Below are positions 9,887 to 20,031 of a stretch of 63,901 nucleotides of DNA, one piece after another (position 1 is the first letter of the stretch; the number at the start of each line of letters is the position of its first letter). This stretch comes from a virus (taxonomy: Duplodnaviria; Caudoviricetes): IMG/VR virus record IMGVR_UViG_3300036768_000681, positions 1-63,901 of that record. One strand, 5' to 3'. The translations under genes and the position numbers were made by a program. Under the pieces are notes generated by a model that worked only from the letters and a program-made list of their open reading frames with translations, was not told the origin of the DNA and did no database searches.

Positions 9887-10366
9887 ATGAGTAAATATAT
9901 TATTACTCGGAAAGAATTAGCAGAAATTCTTGGATACGATGAAAAATATATTAACCAACTGGTTGATGAGAAGGGATTACCACGATTACAATTTAATCAG
10001 TATGATTTGATCGAAGTTGTGAAGTGGTGGAAGAATTATATTGAGGAATTGCATCGAGAAGAATTGAAGCGAGTTCGAGCGTTCAAGCCACAAGATGAAC
10101 TTGCGTTGAAAAGTGCAAGATTGAAAGAATTGGAAATATTGGAGCGTGAAGGGAAGCTTATAGAAGTTGATTTGGTGCGTTCTGCGTGGTTAGAGGAAAT
10201 AAAGCTGTTAAAAGAATTACTGGATAGTCTTGGAGCAAGATTGTCACATAATCTTATTGGAAAAGATGTGAAGGAAATAAAAAGAATTATTGATGAAGAA
10301 GTTGAAAGAATTGAACAGAACATTAGTGAATTGCCAATTGAGAATGAAGAGGATGATATCGATTAA
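9887..10366 (+). CDS. Terminase small subunit (Nu1-like)
   Basis: N-terminal wHTH (TRKELAEILG...GLP...YDL.EV.KW), coiled coil with G.LI; upstream of terL. Confidence 0.8.
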   Translation: MSKYIITRKELAEILGYDEKYINQLVDEKGLPRLQFNQYDLIEVVKWWKNYIEELHREELKRVRAFKPQDELALKSARLKELEILEREGKLIEVDLVRSAWLEEIKLLKELLDSLGARLSHNLIGKDVKEIKRIIDEEVERIEQNISELPIENEEDDID

Positions 10367-10398
10367 ATTATTAATGAGTAATAATAAAGGAGAAAAGA

Positions 10399-10617
10399 AT
10401 GGATGATAAGATATTGTGTTGGGGAATGAAGGAAAAATGGGTGGGTGCGGGAATTGGTCCAACTAAGTTGTGTCCATTAAGGTGGGAGTGTAGTAGGTTT
10501 ATTGGATTATTCCAAGATAACAAAGATGTGGTAAAGGTATTTTTGAATTTGCCATTCGATCATAAAAAGAAAAGATGTGAATTTTATGAAAGCAATAATT
10601 CGACAGATAATAAGTGA
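10399..10617 (+). CDS. Small Cys-rich hypothetical protein
   Basis: AGGAG RBS; C...CPLR..C.RF...CEFY. Confidence 0.55.
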   Translation: MDDKILCWGMKEKWVGAGIGPTKLCPLRWECSRFIGLFQDNKDVVKVFLNLPFDHKKKRCEFYESNNSTDNK

Positions 10618-12472
10618 AGGTAGGAAAATATTTAAAAAAAAGGAATATCTTACTATTTCGCAGTGGGCGGAGAGGTATAGATATATATCGAGTGCGGAAA
10701 GTAGTAGACCTGGAATGTGGGATAATACTCTATTTCCGTTCGCAAAGGAGATTATGGATGCGGCGTGTGATCCAGAAGTTGAAGAAGTTACTGTGATGGG
10801 TTCGGCACAAATATCGAAAACAGAAATTCTAAAGAACATTGTTGGGTATTACATTGACTATGAGCCAACAAAGATATTAATAGTTATGCCAACAGAATTG
10901 ATTGGAAGGGCATTCTCCGTTGATAAGCTTGAGCCGATGATCAATAATAATCCGTGTTTATCTAATAAAATTTTAAAATTAAAAGGGCAAAAGAATGTTA
11001 ATACTAAGATGCATAAGGTTTATCTGGGTGGAAGTTTGACAATAGTTGGTTCGAATTCTCCAAATTCATTGGCACAGAGGAGTGTTAAGATTGTTATTAG
11101 TGATGATATTGATAGAATGCCTGAGAGTTCTGGAGAGGAAGGAGATCCTGTTCGATTAGCTGAAGAGAGAAGTGAAAGTTATCGCTTGGTTGGGTTTAAG
11201 CATATAAGATTTTCAACACCAACAATTAAAGGTATTTCGAGAATTGAGAGATTGTATTTGAGAAGCGACCAGAGGGAATATTATGTGCCGTGTCCATTCT
11301 GTAATCATTATCAGACATTGAAGTTTGAGAATTTGGTATGGGATAAAGAAAGTCAGGATATGTTTGGGATTAAAACAACAGACAGGTTTGAAAATACTAA
11401 ATATAAGTGTGAGAAGTGTGGGGAATTGATTGAGGAAAAGCATAAGAATTGGATGCTAAACAATGGAAAATGGGTGGCAAAATATCCAGAGATAAAGAAA
11501 CATAGAGGATATTGGATAAATAGATTGTATTCTCAATTTTCGAGCTGGGGTGATATTGCAAGAAGATTTAATGAAGTGAAAGATTCACCTGAGGAATTGA
11601 AAGTATTCCTGAATACATATCTTGCAAGGACTTGGGAAGCTGAGGAATATAAAGAGCTTGATGAAGCTTATCTTCTTAATAGGGTTGAAGATTATTGCAC
11701 TGATGATAATCCGAGAATTCCGAATGGAGTATTATTCTTAACAGCTGCAGTTGATACGCAACCAGATAGATTGGAAATCTTAGTGAAGGGATGGGGTAGA
11801 GATTGGGAAAGTTGGTTAATTCATTATGAGAAGCTGTGGGGTGATCCAGATCAATTGGATGTGTGGAATATGCTTGATGAGTTCTGGGATAGGGAATGGA
11901 TAAGAGAAGATGGAATTAGAATGAAGATTAGAGGTGCGTTCATTGATAGTGGTGGAAGTAACACGGAGGCTGTATATGAGTATTGTCGCAGAAGGCAATA
12001 TAGAGATATAATTGCAATTAAGGGTATTGGTGGATGGGGTAAACCATTGTTATTGAATATTACAAGAGTAGGGAAGTATAGAGATGTTATTCTTCAGACA
12101 ATTGGTGTTGATGCAGGAAAGGAGATGATATATTCACGATTGCAGATTGAACCGCAGAAGGACCAACCTACTCCAAAGGCAATGCATTTTAGTTCACAAT
12201 TTGCAACATTGGAATACTTCTTGGGATTGACGGCAGAGAAGCAAGTGAAAGAGTTCGATAGAAGGATGGGGTATAAAATTGTGTGGAAGAAGAAGAAGAG
12301 AGATGCAAGGAATGAACCACTTGACTTGGAAGTATATGCATTGGCAAGAGCTAAGTCGTATAATCCAGATTGGGATGTGCTGGAGCAAAGATTATTTGAC
12401 TTACAAAAAACTTCCGATAATGAAAAAGTAATGGAATATCAACGAAAAAAAATAAGGGTAAAAATCATATGA
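10577..12472 (+). CDS. Terminase large subunit (lambda GpA family)
   Basis: SAQISKTE Walker A, DDIDR Walker B, STPT, YYVPCP.C, AAVDTQ, RNEPLD. Confidence 0.93.
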   Translation: MNFMKAIIRQIISEGRKIFKKKEYLTISQWAERYRYISSAESSRPGMWDNTLFPFAKEIMDAACDPEVEEVTVMGSAQISKTEILKNIVGYYIDYEPTKILIVMPTELIGRAFSVDKLEPMINNNPCLSNKILKLKGQKNVNTKMHKVYLGGSLTIVGSNSPNSLAQRSVKIVISDDIDRMPESSGEEGDPVRLAEERSESYRLVGFKHIRFSTPTIKGISRIERLYLRSDQREYYVPCPFCNHYQTLKFENLVWDKESQDMFGIKTTDRFENTKYKCEKCGELIEEKHKNWMLNNGKWVAKYPEIKKHRGYWINRLYSQFSSWGDIARRFNEVKDSPEELKVFLNTYLARTWEAEEYKELDEAYLLNRVEDYCTDDNPRIPNGVLFLTAAVDTQPDRLEILVKGWGRDWESWLIHYEKLWGDPDQLDVWNMLDEFWDREWIREDGIRMKIRGAFIDSGGSNTEAVYEYCRRRQYRDIIAIKGIGGWGKPLLLNITRVGKYRDVILQTIGVDAGKEMIYSRLQIEPQKDQPTPKAMHFSSQFATLEYFLGLTAEKQVKEFDRRMGYKIVWKKKKRDARNEPLDLEVYALARAKSYNPDWDVLEQRLFDLQKTSDNEKVMEYQRKKIRVKII

Positions 12473-12663
12473 AGATCGAAATATATGATCACATTCAAGA
12501 GATTGCCTTAAAGAAGGCAGCAAAAATGAAAATGAGTGTTACACAATTCGTGAATTTTATCATTGAAATTGCGGAGGTGAAAGTTGAGGCAGAAATAAAA
12601 TTTAACGATAAGGATGGGGAAAATAAACAAAAACAAAACAAACAATTCATAAGGAGATGCTAA
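12469..12663 (+). CDS. Small ribbon-helix-helix-like protein
   Basis: LKKAAKMKMSVTQFV pattern. Confidence 0.4.
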   Translation: MKIEIYDHIQEIALKKAAKMKMSVTQFVNFIIEIAEVKVEAEIKFNDKDGENKQKQNKQFIRRC

Positions 12664-12664
12664 A

Positions 12665-13075
12665 ATGATTGATTTAAATTATCTTAGAACGCTTTTTAAC
12701 GGCAAGAATAATATGATTGGGCTTGCCAGTTCTTTAATTAAATTTAATGACTTCCGTAATGAATACGAGAAGTTGAAGAAAGATTACGAGAATATTCTGG
12801 GTGAAGAGGTTGATGAAATTACTTTGAGTATGATTGATAATACTGAAATATATAATGATGATATTGAATATTTGAATAAAAGTTATAAAGAACTTGAGGA
12901 AAAGATAAAAGATGAGATACTTGAAGGATATTATGTAATTAAAGATAAAGTTGTGAAGAATGAATTGAAGTTAAAGCATACTGATCATATTAAAGTGTTA
13001 TTGGATTACTGGAAGGATTTGATTTTTGAAGAGGTTGTTGCGATGGTAAATCGTGATATTGAGAAAGAAAATTAA
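12665..13075 (+). CDS. Hypothetical protein
   Basis: AGGAG RBS; helical, weakly resembles the 38431-39888 family. Confidence 0.6.
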   Translation: MIDLNYLRTLFNGKNNMIGLASSLIKFNDFRNEYEKLKKDYENILGEEVDEITLSMIDNTEIYNDDIEYLNKSYKELEEKIKDEILEGYYVIKDKVVKNELKLKHTDHIKVLLDYWKDLIFEEVVAMVNRDIEKEN

Positions 13076-13509
13076 TGAAGGAGGTTAAAATGAAGTTGAT
13101 AGTTAATGATAGAATATTACGAACAATATATTATGCGATTGAGAATACTCTGGAGAATTTGAGCTTGCAAAATGTTGGTCCGAAGGAGAATGAGTATTAT
13201 TATTCTTTAATTGATTTAAAATATCAGTTGAAAGATATTATTGAAGGAAAGAGAGATTATATTCCAGAGTTATTGAGATCGAAAGAGAATAGGATTGAGA
13301 TAGAAAGGATTGATGAGAGTTTAATTAATGATTTGATCGAAGATCTTGAAATAAAGCCGAAGTATACGCAATATACGATATGGCATGATGGTGGTGAGTG
13401 GTTCATTGGAGTTAAAGGGAATGAAATGAAAGAATGCAAAAGACTTACGGAGTGGTTAAGGGGTGAAATATTGGAAAAGGATAAAAGAAGAATTTTACAA
13501 AGTATATAA
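13075..13509 (+). CDS. Hypothetical protein, N-terminus related to 34732-34968
   Basis: YY..LIDLKYQLK versus YY..IVDLKYQIR. Confidence 0.6.
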   Translation: MKEVKMKLIVNDRILRTIYYAIENTLENLSLQNVGPKENEYYYSLIDLKYQLKDIIEGKRDYIPELLRSKENRIEIERIDESLINDLIEDLEIKPKYTQYTIWHDGGEWFIGVKGNEMKECKRLTEWLRGEILEKDKRRILQSI

Positions 13510-13638
13510 TTGGAGTGGTTAAGGGGTAAAAGATTAGAAAAGGATAATAAGTGATTTTGTCAAGTCTTTTTTTTGATTTTTTTAGATTATTTTAAATGTT
13601 AAATTCCTGTAAGTTATTGAAAATAAATAACTTAACTT

Positions 13639-13706
13639 TGTAAGGAAAATCCTACAAAAATTTTTTAAAAAAACTCTTGACAAGTAATATACTCTTGGCG
13701 TATATT
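13639..13706 (+). promoter_or_regulatory. Operator plus sigma70-type promoter
   Basis: TGTAAG-N6-CCTACA 13639-13656; TTGACA 13677; TATATT 13701. Confidence 0.7.
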
Positions 13707-13763
13707 TGCATTAGAAAGTTTGATTGAAAATTTGTTTAACAAAAAAAGAAAGGAGAGAAAAAA

Positions 13764-14042
13764 ATGGAAATAGATAGAATAAATGATACCTTTGTATTGA
13801 CACTCAATAATCCCGAGAATGGGAAAGCGTGGGTAGCGATATTAACAGGAAAGGATGATAAGTATATATTTAAAAGAGAATTTGTTCGAAAAAGATCAAG
13901 TGCATCTAAGATAACTTCTTGTTATTACGTTCCGAATGGATGTGTAATTGAAGTTAATGATGCTCAGGGTAGAAGATATTATGAAGTATTGAATGGATTG
14001 TCTAAGATATCGAGAGAGAAAGCAATTGAATTAGTAGGGTGA
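13764..14042 (+). CDS. Hypothetical early protein
   Basis: Strong RBS, first gene after promoter. Confidence 0.65.
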   Translation: MEIDRINDTFVLTLNNPENGKAWVAILTGKDDKYIFKREFVRKRSSASKITSCYYVPNGCVIEVNDAQGRRYYEVLNGLSKISREKAIELVG

Positions 14043-14089
14043 TTATGGGAATTCAAATTTTAACTAATTAAAAAAAAAGGAGCAATACC

Positions 14090-14605
14090 ATGTGCTTAAG
14101 AATTCAATCTATACAAGGCTGTTTATTAGAGTTCAATCTCTACTTGGTGGGAATAAAGGAATTTAATTTCACCAATAGTGGTGAATTAGCTCCGCCGGTT
14201 ATTATTGACAGTGTATATAGATTTGAAATAATAGACGGGCTATTAGTTGCGATGCCGTCTAATAGTCGGCAGGAAGTTAAGAATTTCATTGAGGTGCTTT
14301 GGGAGGGTGAAAAGAACAAGTGGGATTTCAATAATTATATAGACAATTTGGGATATCATGTTGCATTGTTTGATAGCGAGAATATTGCTAATGCATTCAG
14401 GATATACAAGGGCGAGCAGGAATATGTAACCTTACCAGTTTTCATTCAAGAGGAAGATATTCAATTAGCTGGGAGCCATGTTATTGTGGAAAGGTTCGGT
14501 GTACCTAATAGTCAATTATACTTGGAATTCTGTAGATATTTTAAAATAGAAGCTGATAAAGAAATCATTGAATTATTAGACAAAGTTTATCAAACTTACT
14601 CTTAA
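14090..14605 (+). CDS. Paralog family 1 (MC-start, LGYH, LPV.F) hypothetical protein
   Basis: Aligns by eye with 32284, 34965, 40531 and 45750 ORFs. Confidence 0.7.
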   Translation: MCLRIQSIQGCLLEFNLYLVGIKEFNFTNSGELAPPVIIDSVYRFEIIDGLLVAMPSNSRQEVKNFIEVLWEGEKNKWDFNNYIDNLGYHVALFDSENIANAFRIYKGEQEYVTLPVFIQEEDIQLAGSHVIVERFGVPNSQLYLEFCRYFKIEADKEIIELLDKVYQTYS

Positions 14606-14625
14606 ACTTAATTTCAAATCTTAAT

Positions 14626-14692
14626 TCTAAGGAAATTCTTACAAAAAATTCTTTTAAAAAGGTTTGACAAAATAATTTATGTAATCATTTTG
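14626..14692 (+). promoter_or_regulatory. Operator plus promoter
   Basis: TCTAAG-N6-CTTACA 14626-14643; TTGACA 14664; weak -10. Confidence 0.55.
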
Positions 14693-14752
14693 CGAATAAA
14701 ATTAAAAGTTAATTCAAATTATGTTAAACAAGAACAAAAGAGGAGATGAAAA

Positions 14753-15067
14753 ATGAAAAAAGAATATTCAATCATAATTAATGGTAGCGACTTCTCTCAT
14801 TGGTGGGGGGATGCTACTACTTTGAAAGAAGCTAAGAAGTTGACCAATGAGATTTCGAAGATTGGTTGTTTCTGGCTTTTGGACGAGAAACTTAATTCTG
14901 ACGACTTGATATATAATTGCATCACGATTGATGTATATTGTGGTGATGAAGTAGTGTATTCAAAAACATTGACCAAAAAGTTTCGAAAGGAATTATTGGA
15001 ACAAGGGGTTAAGCGGGGTTGGTATTCCAAATTTGTATACGAGGAATTCAAATGGTATAATTCATAG
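14753..15067 (+). CDS. Paralog family 2 hypothetical protein
   Basis: YSIIINGSDFSHW...LKEA...GC.WL; homologous to 44075 and 44377 ORFs. Confidence 0.7.
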   Translation: MKKEYSIIINGSDFSHWWGDATTLKEAKKLTNEISKIGCFWLLDEKLNSDDLIYNCITIDVYCGDEVVYSKTLTKKFRKELLEQGVKRGWYSKFVYEEFKWYNS

Positions 15068-15088
15068 AATAAAAAAGGAGATTTAAAA

Positions 15089-15361
15089 ATGAAAAGATAT
15101 TGTGTTGATATTGATACTTCGTTTGGAATTCATAATTATTCCGAACATAATGATCTGAAGTCTGCATTGAAAGTTGCGAGAGAATTGGTTAAGATTGGAT
15201 GTTCTTGGTTGGAAGATGATAAGAGATTATACTGGGATTTAAAAGAAGAGAATATCTGGATTAATGTTTATGATAATCAGGAGGAAGATTTTGTTTATTC
15301 AAAAAAGATCACCAAGAAATTGAGAAATTATTTATTGAAGAAGATTGAGAAGGGGAAGTGA
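15089..15361 (+). CDS. Paralog family 2 hypothetical protein
   Basis: VAREL.KIGCSWLE...I.VYD...YSK...KKLR.YLLK. Confidence 0.7.
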   Translation: MKRYCVDIDTSFGIHNYSEHNDLKSALKVARELVKIGCSWLEDDKRLYWDLKEENIWINVYDNQEEDFVYSKKITKKLRNYLLKKIEKGK

Positions 15362-15365
15362 TGAG

Positions 15366-15548
15366 ATGGATATTAAGAAAATTCGGATTGAATTAGGAAT
15401 GACACAGAAAGAATTAGCAGAAAGATTAGGATTAAGTGGACAATCGAGAATAAGTGAGTATGAAAATGGTAAGCGAAAGCCTTCCAAGAGAATTGAGATC
15501 TTGATTAAAATGATTTATGAGCAAGAAATAAAGAAAAAGCAGAGATAA
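15366..15548 (+). CDS. XRE-family HTH regulator
   Basis: MTQKELAERLG...ISEYENGKRKP. Confidence 0.85.
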   Translation: MDIKKIRIELGMTQKELAERLGLSGQSRISEYENGKRKPSKRIEILIKMIYEQEIKKKQR

Positions 15549-15741
15549 TATTTTCTGACAGAGCAAGCCTTTTTTCCTTCCTAATTTTAAGTGCAGAAAA
15601 AGTGCAGTAGTAGTGTATTTCATTTATTACAATTAAAAATAATATTGCCACCAGTTACTTATATGAATTCTTTTTTGGCTAAGGATGTTTGAGTTTTTTT
15701 CTCCCTCTCTTTTTTCTCAAACATCCTTCTTGAAATAAAAA

Positions 15742-16269
15742 ATGATGGTAATGATAATGAATATACCAAAAGAAATATACGCTGGTGGCACTTATTATTG
15801 GATTGAACAAATTGATGAATATCCTGCAAGTTCATATTCACTTAAAATTATTCTGAGGAATGGTGATCGGAAGATTGAGATTAATGGAACATCTTCAGGG
15901 AATAATTATGAAGTGAGTATTTCTAATTCTCAATCTGCGAGCTGGATTGCTGGTGAGTATGAGTGTGTATACTACTTTTATAATTCAAATGAACATAAGT
16001 TTATAAGTGCAGGATATGTTAAGATCCTACCGAATATTCTCACTACTTCAAACAAACTACACGAAGAAATTGTTCTTGAGGCAATAGAGGCGGCAATTGA
16101 GCGAAGAGCGACTAAGGAACAATTGAGTTATTCGATTAATGGTAGATCGTTGCAATATATGTCGTTAGAAGAATTAATCAAGGCAAGAAGTTTTTATCAA
16201 TATATAGTAAATGTAAAGAAAGGAAAGATCAAAGGATATATTCCTGTGAGGTTCAATGAAGTTAGGTAA
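15742..16269 (+). CDS. Head-tail joining protein (gpW-like C-terminus)
   Basis: SYSINGRSLQY..LEEL...R..Y; immediately before portal. Confidence 0.65.
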   Translation: MMVMIMNIPKEIYAGGTYYWIEQIDEYPASSYSLKIILRNGDRKIEINGTSSGNNYEVSISNSQSASWIAGEYECVYYFYNSNEHKFISAGYVKILPNILTTSNKLHEEIVLEAIEAAIERRATKEQLSYSINGRSLQYMSLEELIKARSFYQYIVNVKKGKIKGYIPVRFNEVR

Positions 16270-17746
16270 TGTTATTAAAAGAATATTTGGTATTAATAAA
16301 AAGTCACCAGTAATGGTAGGATTAAGAGGATACAAGTCTGCAAAAACGAACAGGTTAACATTTGATTGGTTAACATTTAATCGTGCTGCAGACTTTGATG
16401 TATTTCAAGACGGAGCGAGATTAAGAGCGAGGGCAAGAGACTTGTATTTAAACAATGATTATGTGCGGAAGTATGTGTTATTAATGGTTCAGAATGTAGT
16501 TGGACCAGATGGATTTATATTACAAAATCAAGCGAAAGATATTAATGGGAATTATGATATTGGAGCGAATAACATTATTGAGAATGCGTGGTATGATTGG
16601 GGATTGTATTATGCGGATGTTCAGGGTGTGAGTTCTTTCAGACAATTGTGTGAGATTGTTGTGAAGCAACTGGTAATTGATGGAGAGATATTCATTAGAA
16701 TAGTGAGGAATAAGAGCAAGTATGGAATTCAGTTGCAGATTATTGAGGCTGATTATGTTGATGAAAAGTTGAATGAAACATTAAAGAATGGCAATCACAT
16801 TCGAATGGGAATTGAGTTGGATCAATGGAGAAGACCTGTTGCGTATTACATTAAAGCAATTGATATAGAAAGTGAATTGTATGCATCTTTGACAACGACT
16901 AAGAATGTGAGAGTGCCTGCAAGTGAGATTATTCATATCTTTTCAAAGGATCGTGCTAACCAAACGAGAGGAGTTAGTTGGCTTGCGCCTGCAATGTTGA
17001 GATTGAAGATGTTACAAGAATATGAAGATGCGGCGGTTATCAATGCGAGAATTAGTGCAAGCAAGATGGGGTTCTTTACATCTCAGACACCGATTGGAGA
17101 ATTTTCGACAAAAGAAAGTATAGAAGTTGAACCAGGGGTATTTGAAGAATTGCCACCTGGATATTCATTCATAGCATTTGATCCAAAGTTTCCAAGTGAA
17201 CAACACGGCTCTTTTGTGAAATCAATGCTGAGGGGAATTGCATCAGGGCTCGGAGTATCTTACAATACATTAGCGAATGATCTTGAAGGAGTGAATTATT
17301 CGAGTATTAGAGCGGGATTGCTTGATGAAAGAGAATTCTATAAGACGGTTCAAGCGATGGTGATTGAGAAATTATTAATACCAGTATTCAAAGAATGGTT
17401 GCTGGAAAGTTTGACAAGAGGAGTATTGAAAGGAAGCGAATTGACAGATCCATTGCCAGTAAGGAAGTTTGATAAATTTTTTGCACCAGTCTTTTATGGC
17501 AGAAGATGGTCTTGGGTTGATCCATTAAGGGACATTGAAGCTGAAGCACTTGCAGTTGAGAAAGGGTTTAAGACAAATAGTGAAGTTCTTGCAGATAGAG
17601 GAAGAGACATTAATGATGTATATGAGCAATTAGCGAAGGAGAAAACATTGCAGAAGAAGTATGGATTGATTGAAGAAGATAACACTAATAATAATGGTCG
17701 TAGTAAGAACAAGAGATTAATAAAAGAATTGATTAAGGAGGAATAA
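16256..17746 (+). CDS. Portal protein, lambda family
   Basis: LRARARDL..N, QTRGVSW, NYSSIRAGL, W.WVDP.RD. Confidence 0.93.
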   Translation: MKLGNVIKRIFGINKKSPVMVGLRGYKSAKTNRLTFDWLTFNRAADFDVFQDGARLRARARDLYLNNDYVRKYVLLMVQNVVGPDGFILQNQAKDINGNYDIGANNIIENAWYDWGLYYADVQGVSSFRQLCEIVVKQLVIDGEIFIRIVRNKSKYGIQLQIIEADYVDEKLNETLKNGNHIRMGIELDQWRRPVAYYIKAIDIESELYASLTTTKNVRVPASEIIHIFSKDRANQTRGVSWLAPAMLRLKMLQEYEDAAVINARISASKMGFFTSQTPIGEFSTKESIEVEPGVFEELPPGYSFIAFDPKFPSEQHGSFVKSMLRGIASGLGVSYNTLANDLEGVNYSSIRAGLLDEREFYKTVQAMVIEKLLIPVFKEWLLESLTRGVLKGSELTDPLPVRKFDKFFAPVFYGRRWSWVDPLRDIEAEALAVEKGFKTNSEVLADRGRDINDVYEQLAKEKTLQKKYGLIEEDNTNNNGRSKNKRLIKELIKEE

Positions 17747-17748
17747 AA

Positions 17749-19479
17749 ATGGATGAGAAGAAATTAATTGGACAAAGTTTTGATAGAAGTTTCAATATTC
17801 AAGACATAAGATCGGTAGAAGGAAATGATAGAATATTGGAGTTTTCTTTTTCGAGCGAAACACCGATTGATAGATATGATTATATTGAGATACTGGATCA
17901 CAATCCAGAGTCGGTGAGATTGCAGAGGTTACAGACTGATGCTCAGGTATTATTCAATCATAATCCTGATAGAATAGTAGGTGTTGTGCTTGATCCGTAT
18001 ATTGATACAGAGGCAAGGAAGTGTAAAGGGAAAGTGAAGTTCTCGAGATCTCCAGAGGGTGAGATCAATTATCAGGATGTCTTGGATGGCATCCGTAAGA
18101 ATGTTTCAATTTCATACATAATATATGCTCTTCGTCAGGAAGGCGAAGTGAATGGAAAGCCTGTGTATCGAATTACGGATTGGGAGCCGTATGAAGTATC
18201 GATTGTCTCAATACCTGCAGATATAACGGTTGGTTATCAAAGAACAATTAATATGGAGGAAAGAATTATGGAAGATAAATTAAATAACACTAATCAAATC
18301 AACGATAACAAAGTTGATGAAAGAGATGAAGCGAAAAGAGTAGAAGAGATTAAGGCTCTTGGTGAAAGGCATAAGGTTCCATATGAATGGGCTATTCGAG
18401 ATAGAGTTCCAGTGGAAGTCTTTAGAGGTTTTGTTTTGGAAATGAAACAGGATAGCAAGCCACTTTATACCGATGACATTTTTCTTTCAAGGAATGAGAT
18501 AAAACAATATTCGATTACCCGTGCAATCAATGCTGTGATTAATGGTGAAGAGACCTTTGAAACGGAACTTTCTAAAGAATTTGCAAAGAGATTGGGAAAA
18601 ATTCCAGAAAAAGGAAAACTTTATATTCCACATTCAGTATTTCAGAGAGATTTGACAGTTGGTGGAGCTGGAACTGGTGCGGAACTTAAAGATATTGAAT
18701 TCTTAGGTGGTGAATTCATTGACTTACTAAGAAACAAGATGGTAACACTTCAGCTTGGGGTAAGAGTATTATCTGGATTGAAGGGCGATGTTTATATTCC
18801 TAAGCTTGCAAGCGGTGCAACTTGGGGATGGAAGACTGAGACTGGATCATTCGCTGAAAGCACTCCTGCAACGGCTCAAATTCAAATGGCAGCAAAAGAA
18901 GGTGGAACATATGTTGATTATTCGAAGAAGTTGCTTTTGCAATCTAATCCGAGTGTAGATCAGGTTGTTATGGATGATCTCACCAAAACTGCTGCGTTAG
19001 GATTGGATAAAGCAATTCTCAAAGGTTCTGGTGCATCTGGAGAACCGCGAGGAATTCTAAATACGACTGGCGTGAATAGTGTTACTTCTGCATCTTTGAC
19101 ATATGCGAAGGCGATTGAGTTTGTGCAAAAGGTAAAAGAAGCTAATGCATTGACTAACAATTGTGCATTTGTTCTTTCTCCTGCAGGATGGGGATTATTG
19201 AAAGGTCGAACAAAGGTATCTAATTATCCAGACTTTTTGATTGATAAAAATGAGACAATGGTTGGATATCCTGTATATGATACTGCACAGCTTAATAGTG
19301 CTGAGATTATATTCGGAGACTTTTCACAAGTATTACTGGGATTATGGGGTGGAGTTGAAATCACAGTTGATCCATACTCCCAATCTGCAAGTAATCTAAT
19401 TCGTGTTGTTGTTTCACAAATGGCTGATGTTGCGGTGAGAATACCTGCTGCGTTCAGTGTCGGAACTGACCTTAGCTAA
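17749..19479 (+). CDS. Major capsid protein with N-terminal prohead protease
   Basis: Protease motifs LFNHN, VSISY, EVSIVSIPAD fused to an HK97-fold capsid domain (FGDFSQ, VDPY). Confidence 0.88.
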   Translation: MDEKKLIGQSFDRSFNIQDIRSVEGNDRILEFSFSSETPIDRYDYIEILDHNPESVRLQRLQTDAQVLFNHNPDRIVGVVLDPYIDTEARKCKGKVKFSRSPEGEINYQDVLDGIRKNVSISYIIYALRQEGEVNGKPVYRITDWEPYEVSIVSIPADITVGYQRTINMEERIMEDKLNNTNQINDNKVDERDEAKRVEEIKALGERHKVPYEWAIRDRVPVEVFRGFVLEMKQDSKPLYTDDIFLSRNEIKQYSITRAINAVINGEETFETELSKEFAKRLGKIPEKGKLYIPHSVFQRDLTVGGAGTGAELKDIEFLGGEFIDLLRNKMVTLQLGVRVLSGLKGDVYIPKLASGATWGWKTETGSFAESTPATAQIQMAAKEGGTYVDYSKKLLLQSNPSVDQVVMDDLTKTAALGLDKAILKGSGASGEPRGILNTTGVNSVTSASLTYAKAIEFVQKVKEANALTNNCAFVLSPAGWGLLKGRTKVSNYPDFLIDKNETMVGYPVYDTAQLNSAEIIFGDFSQVLLGLWGGVEITVDPYSQSASNLIRVVVSQMADVAVRIPAAFSVGTDLS

Positions 19480-19487
19480 AATAAGGT

Positions 19488-19512
19488 GGGAGTGGGAAGA
19501 CCACTCCCTTTT
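19488..19512 (+). terminator. Intrinsic terminator after capsid gene
   Basis: GGGAGTGG-gaaga-CCACTCCC-TTTT. Confidence 0.75.
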
Positions 19513-19534
19513 ATTAAAAATGATGGAGGTAAAG

Positions 19535-19726
19535 ATGAAAGTAAAATTATTAGCGGACATTATAGTAAATGGGAAGCCTTGTAAAGCTGGTGATGTGGTA
19601 GATGTTGAAGGTGTGGATTATGTTGAGATTGTGAAGACAGGAAGAGGAGTTGATTATACCGAAGATAATGAGCAAGAGCAGAAAGAACAAGCAAAAGTTA
19701 AACCAGTTTCAGAGAAGAAAAAATGA
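19535..19726 (+). CDS. Small head-associated protein
   Basis: GGAGG RBS; KAGDVVDV motif common just after capsid genes. Confidence 0.55.
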   Translation: MKVKLLADIIVNGKPCKAGDVVDVEGVDYVEIVKTGRGVDYTEDNEQEQKEQAKVKPVSEKKK

Positions 19727-20031
19727 ACGAGAATTTAGATCTCTTTTTTGATACTAAGGAATTTGCAATTAATGTTACTTATAGAAATAGAAATGGAGTT
19801 GAGAAAATTATTCCGTGTATATATGATGGTGAAGATGTGGGAATGATGATGCAAGGAATTGAAGTTATTAATACTAATCCGAGATGTTTTATTAAGACAA
19901 GTGATGTGGATGCAAAGGAAGGTGATACATTGAAAATTAATATGATACAATATAAAGTTATTGGTGTTTACAAGGATGGAAGCGGAATAACGAGATTAGA
20001 ATTATCAAAAGATGAAAGAGAAGAGGACTAA
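19723..20031 (+). CDS. Head-tail joining protein (FII-like)
   Basis: GDTL.I....Y.V.....DGSG.T.L.L; synteny. Confidence 0.65.
   Translation: MNENLDLFFDTKEFAINVTYRNRNGVEKIIPCIYDGEDVGMMMQGIEVINTNPRCFIKTSDVDAKEGDTLKINMIQYKVIGVYKDGSGITRLELSKDEREED

Noticed and set aside
13449-13547. Mini-CRISPR from a 36-bp direct repeat (33/36 identical, 27-bp gap)
   Set aside because: Only two imperfect, non-palindromic copies, one inside a CDS end, with no CRISPR-like terminus; a local duplication is more likely.
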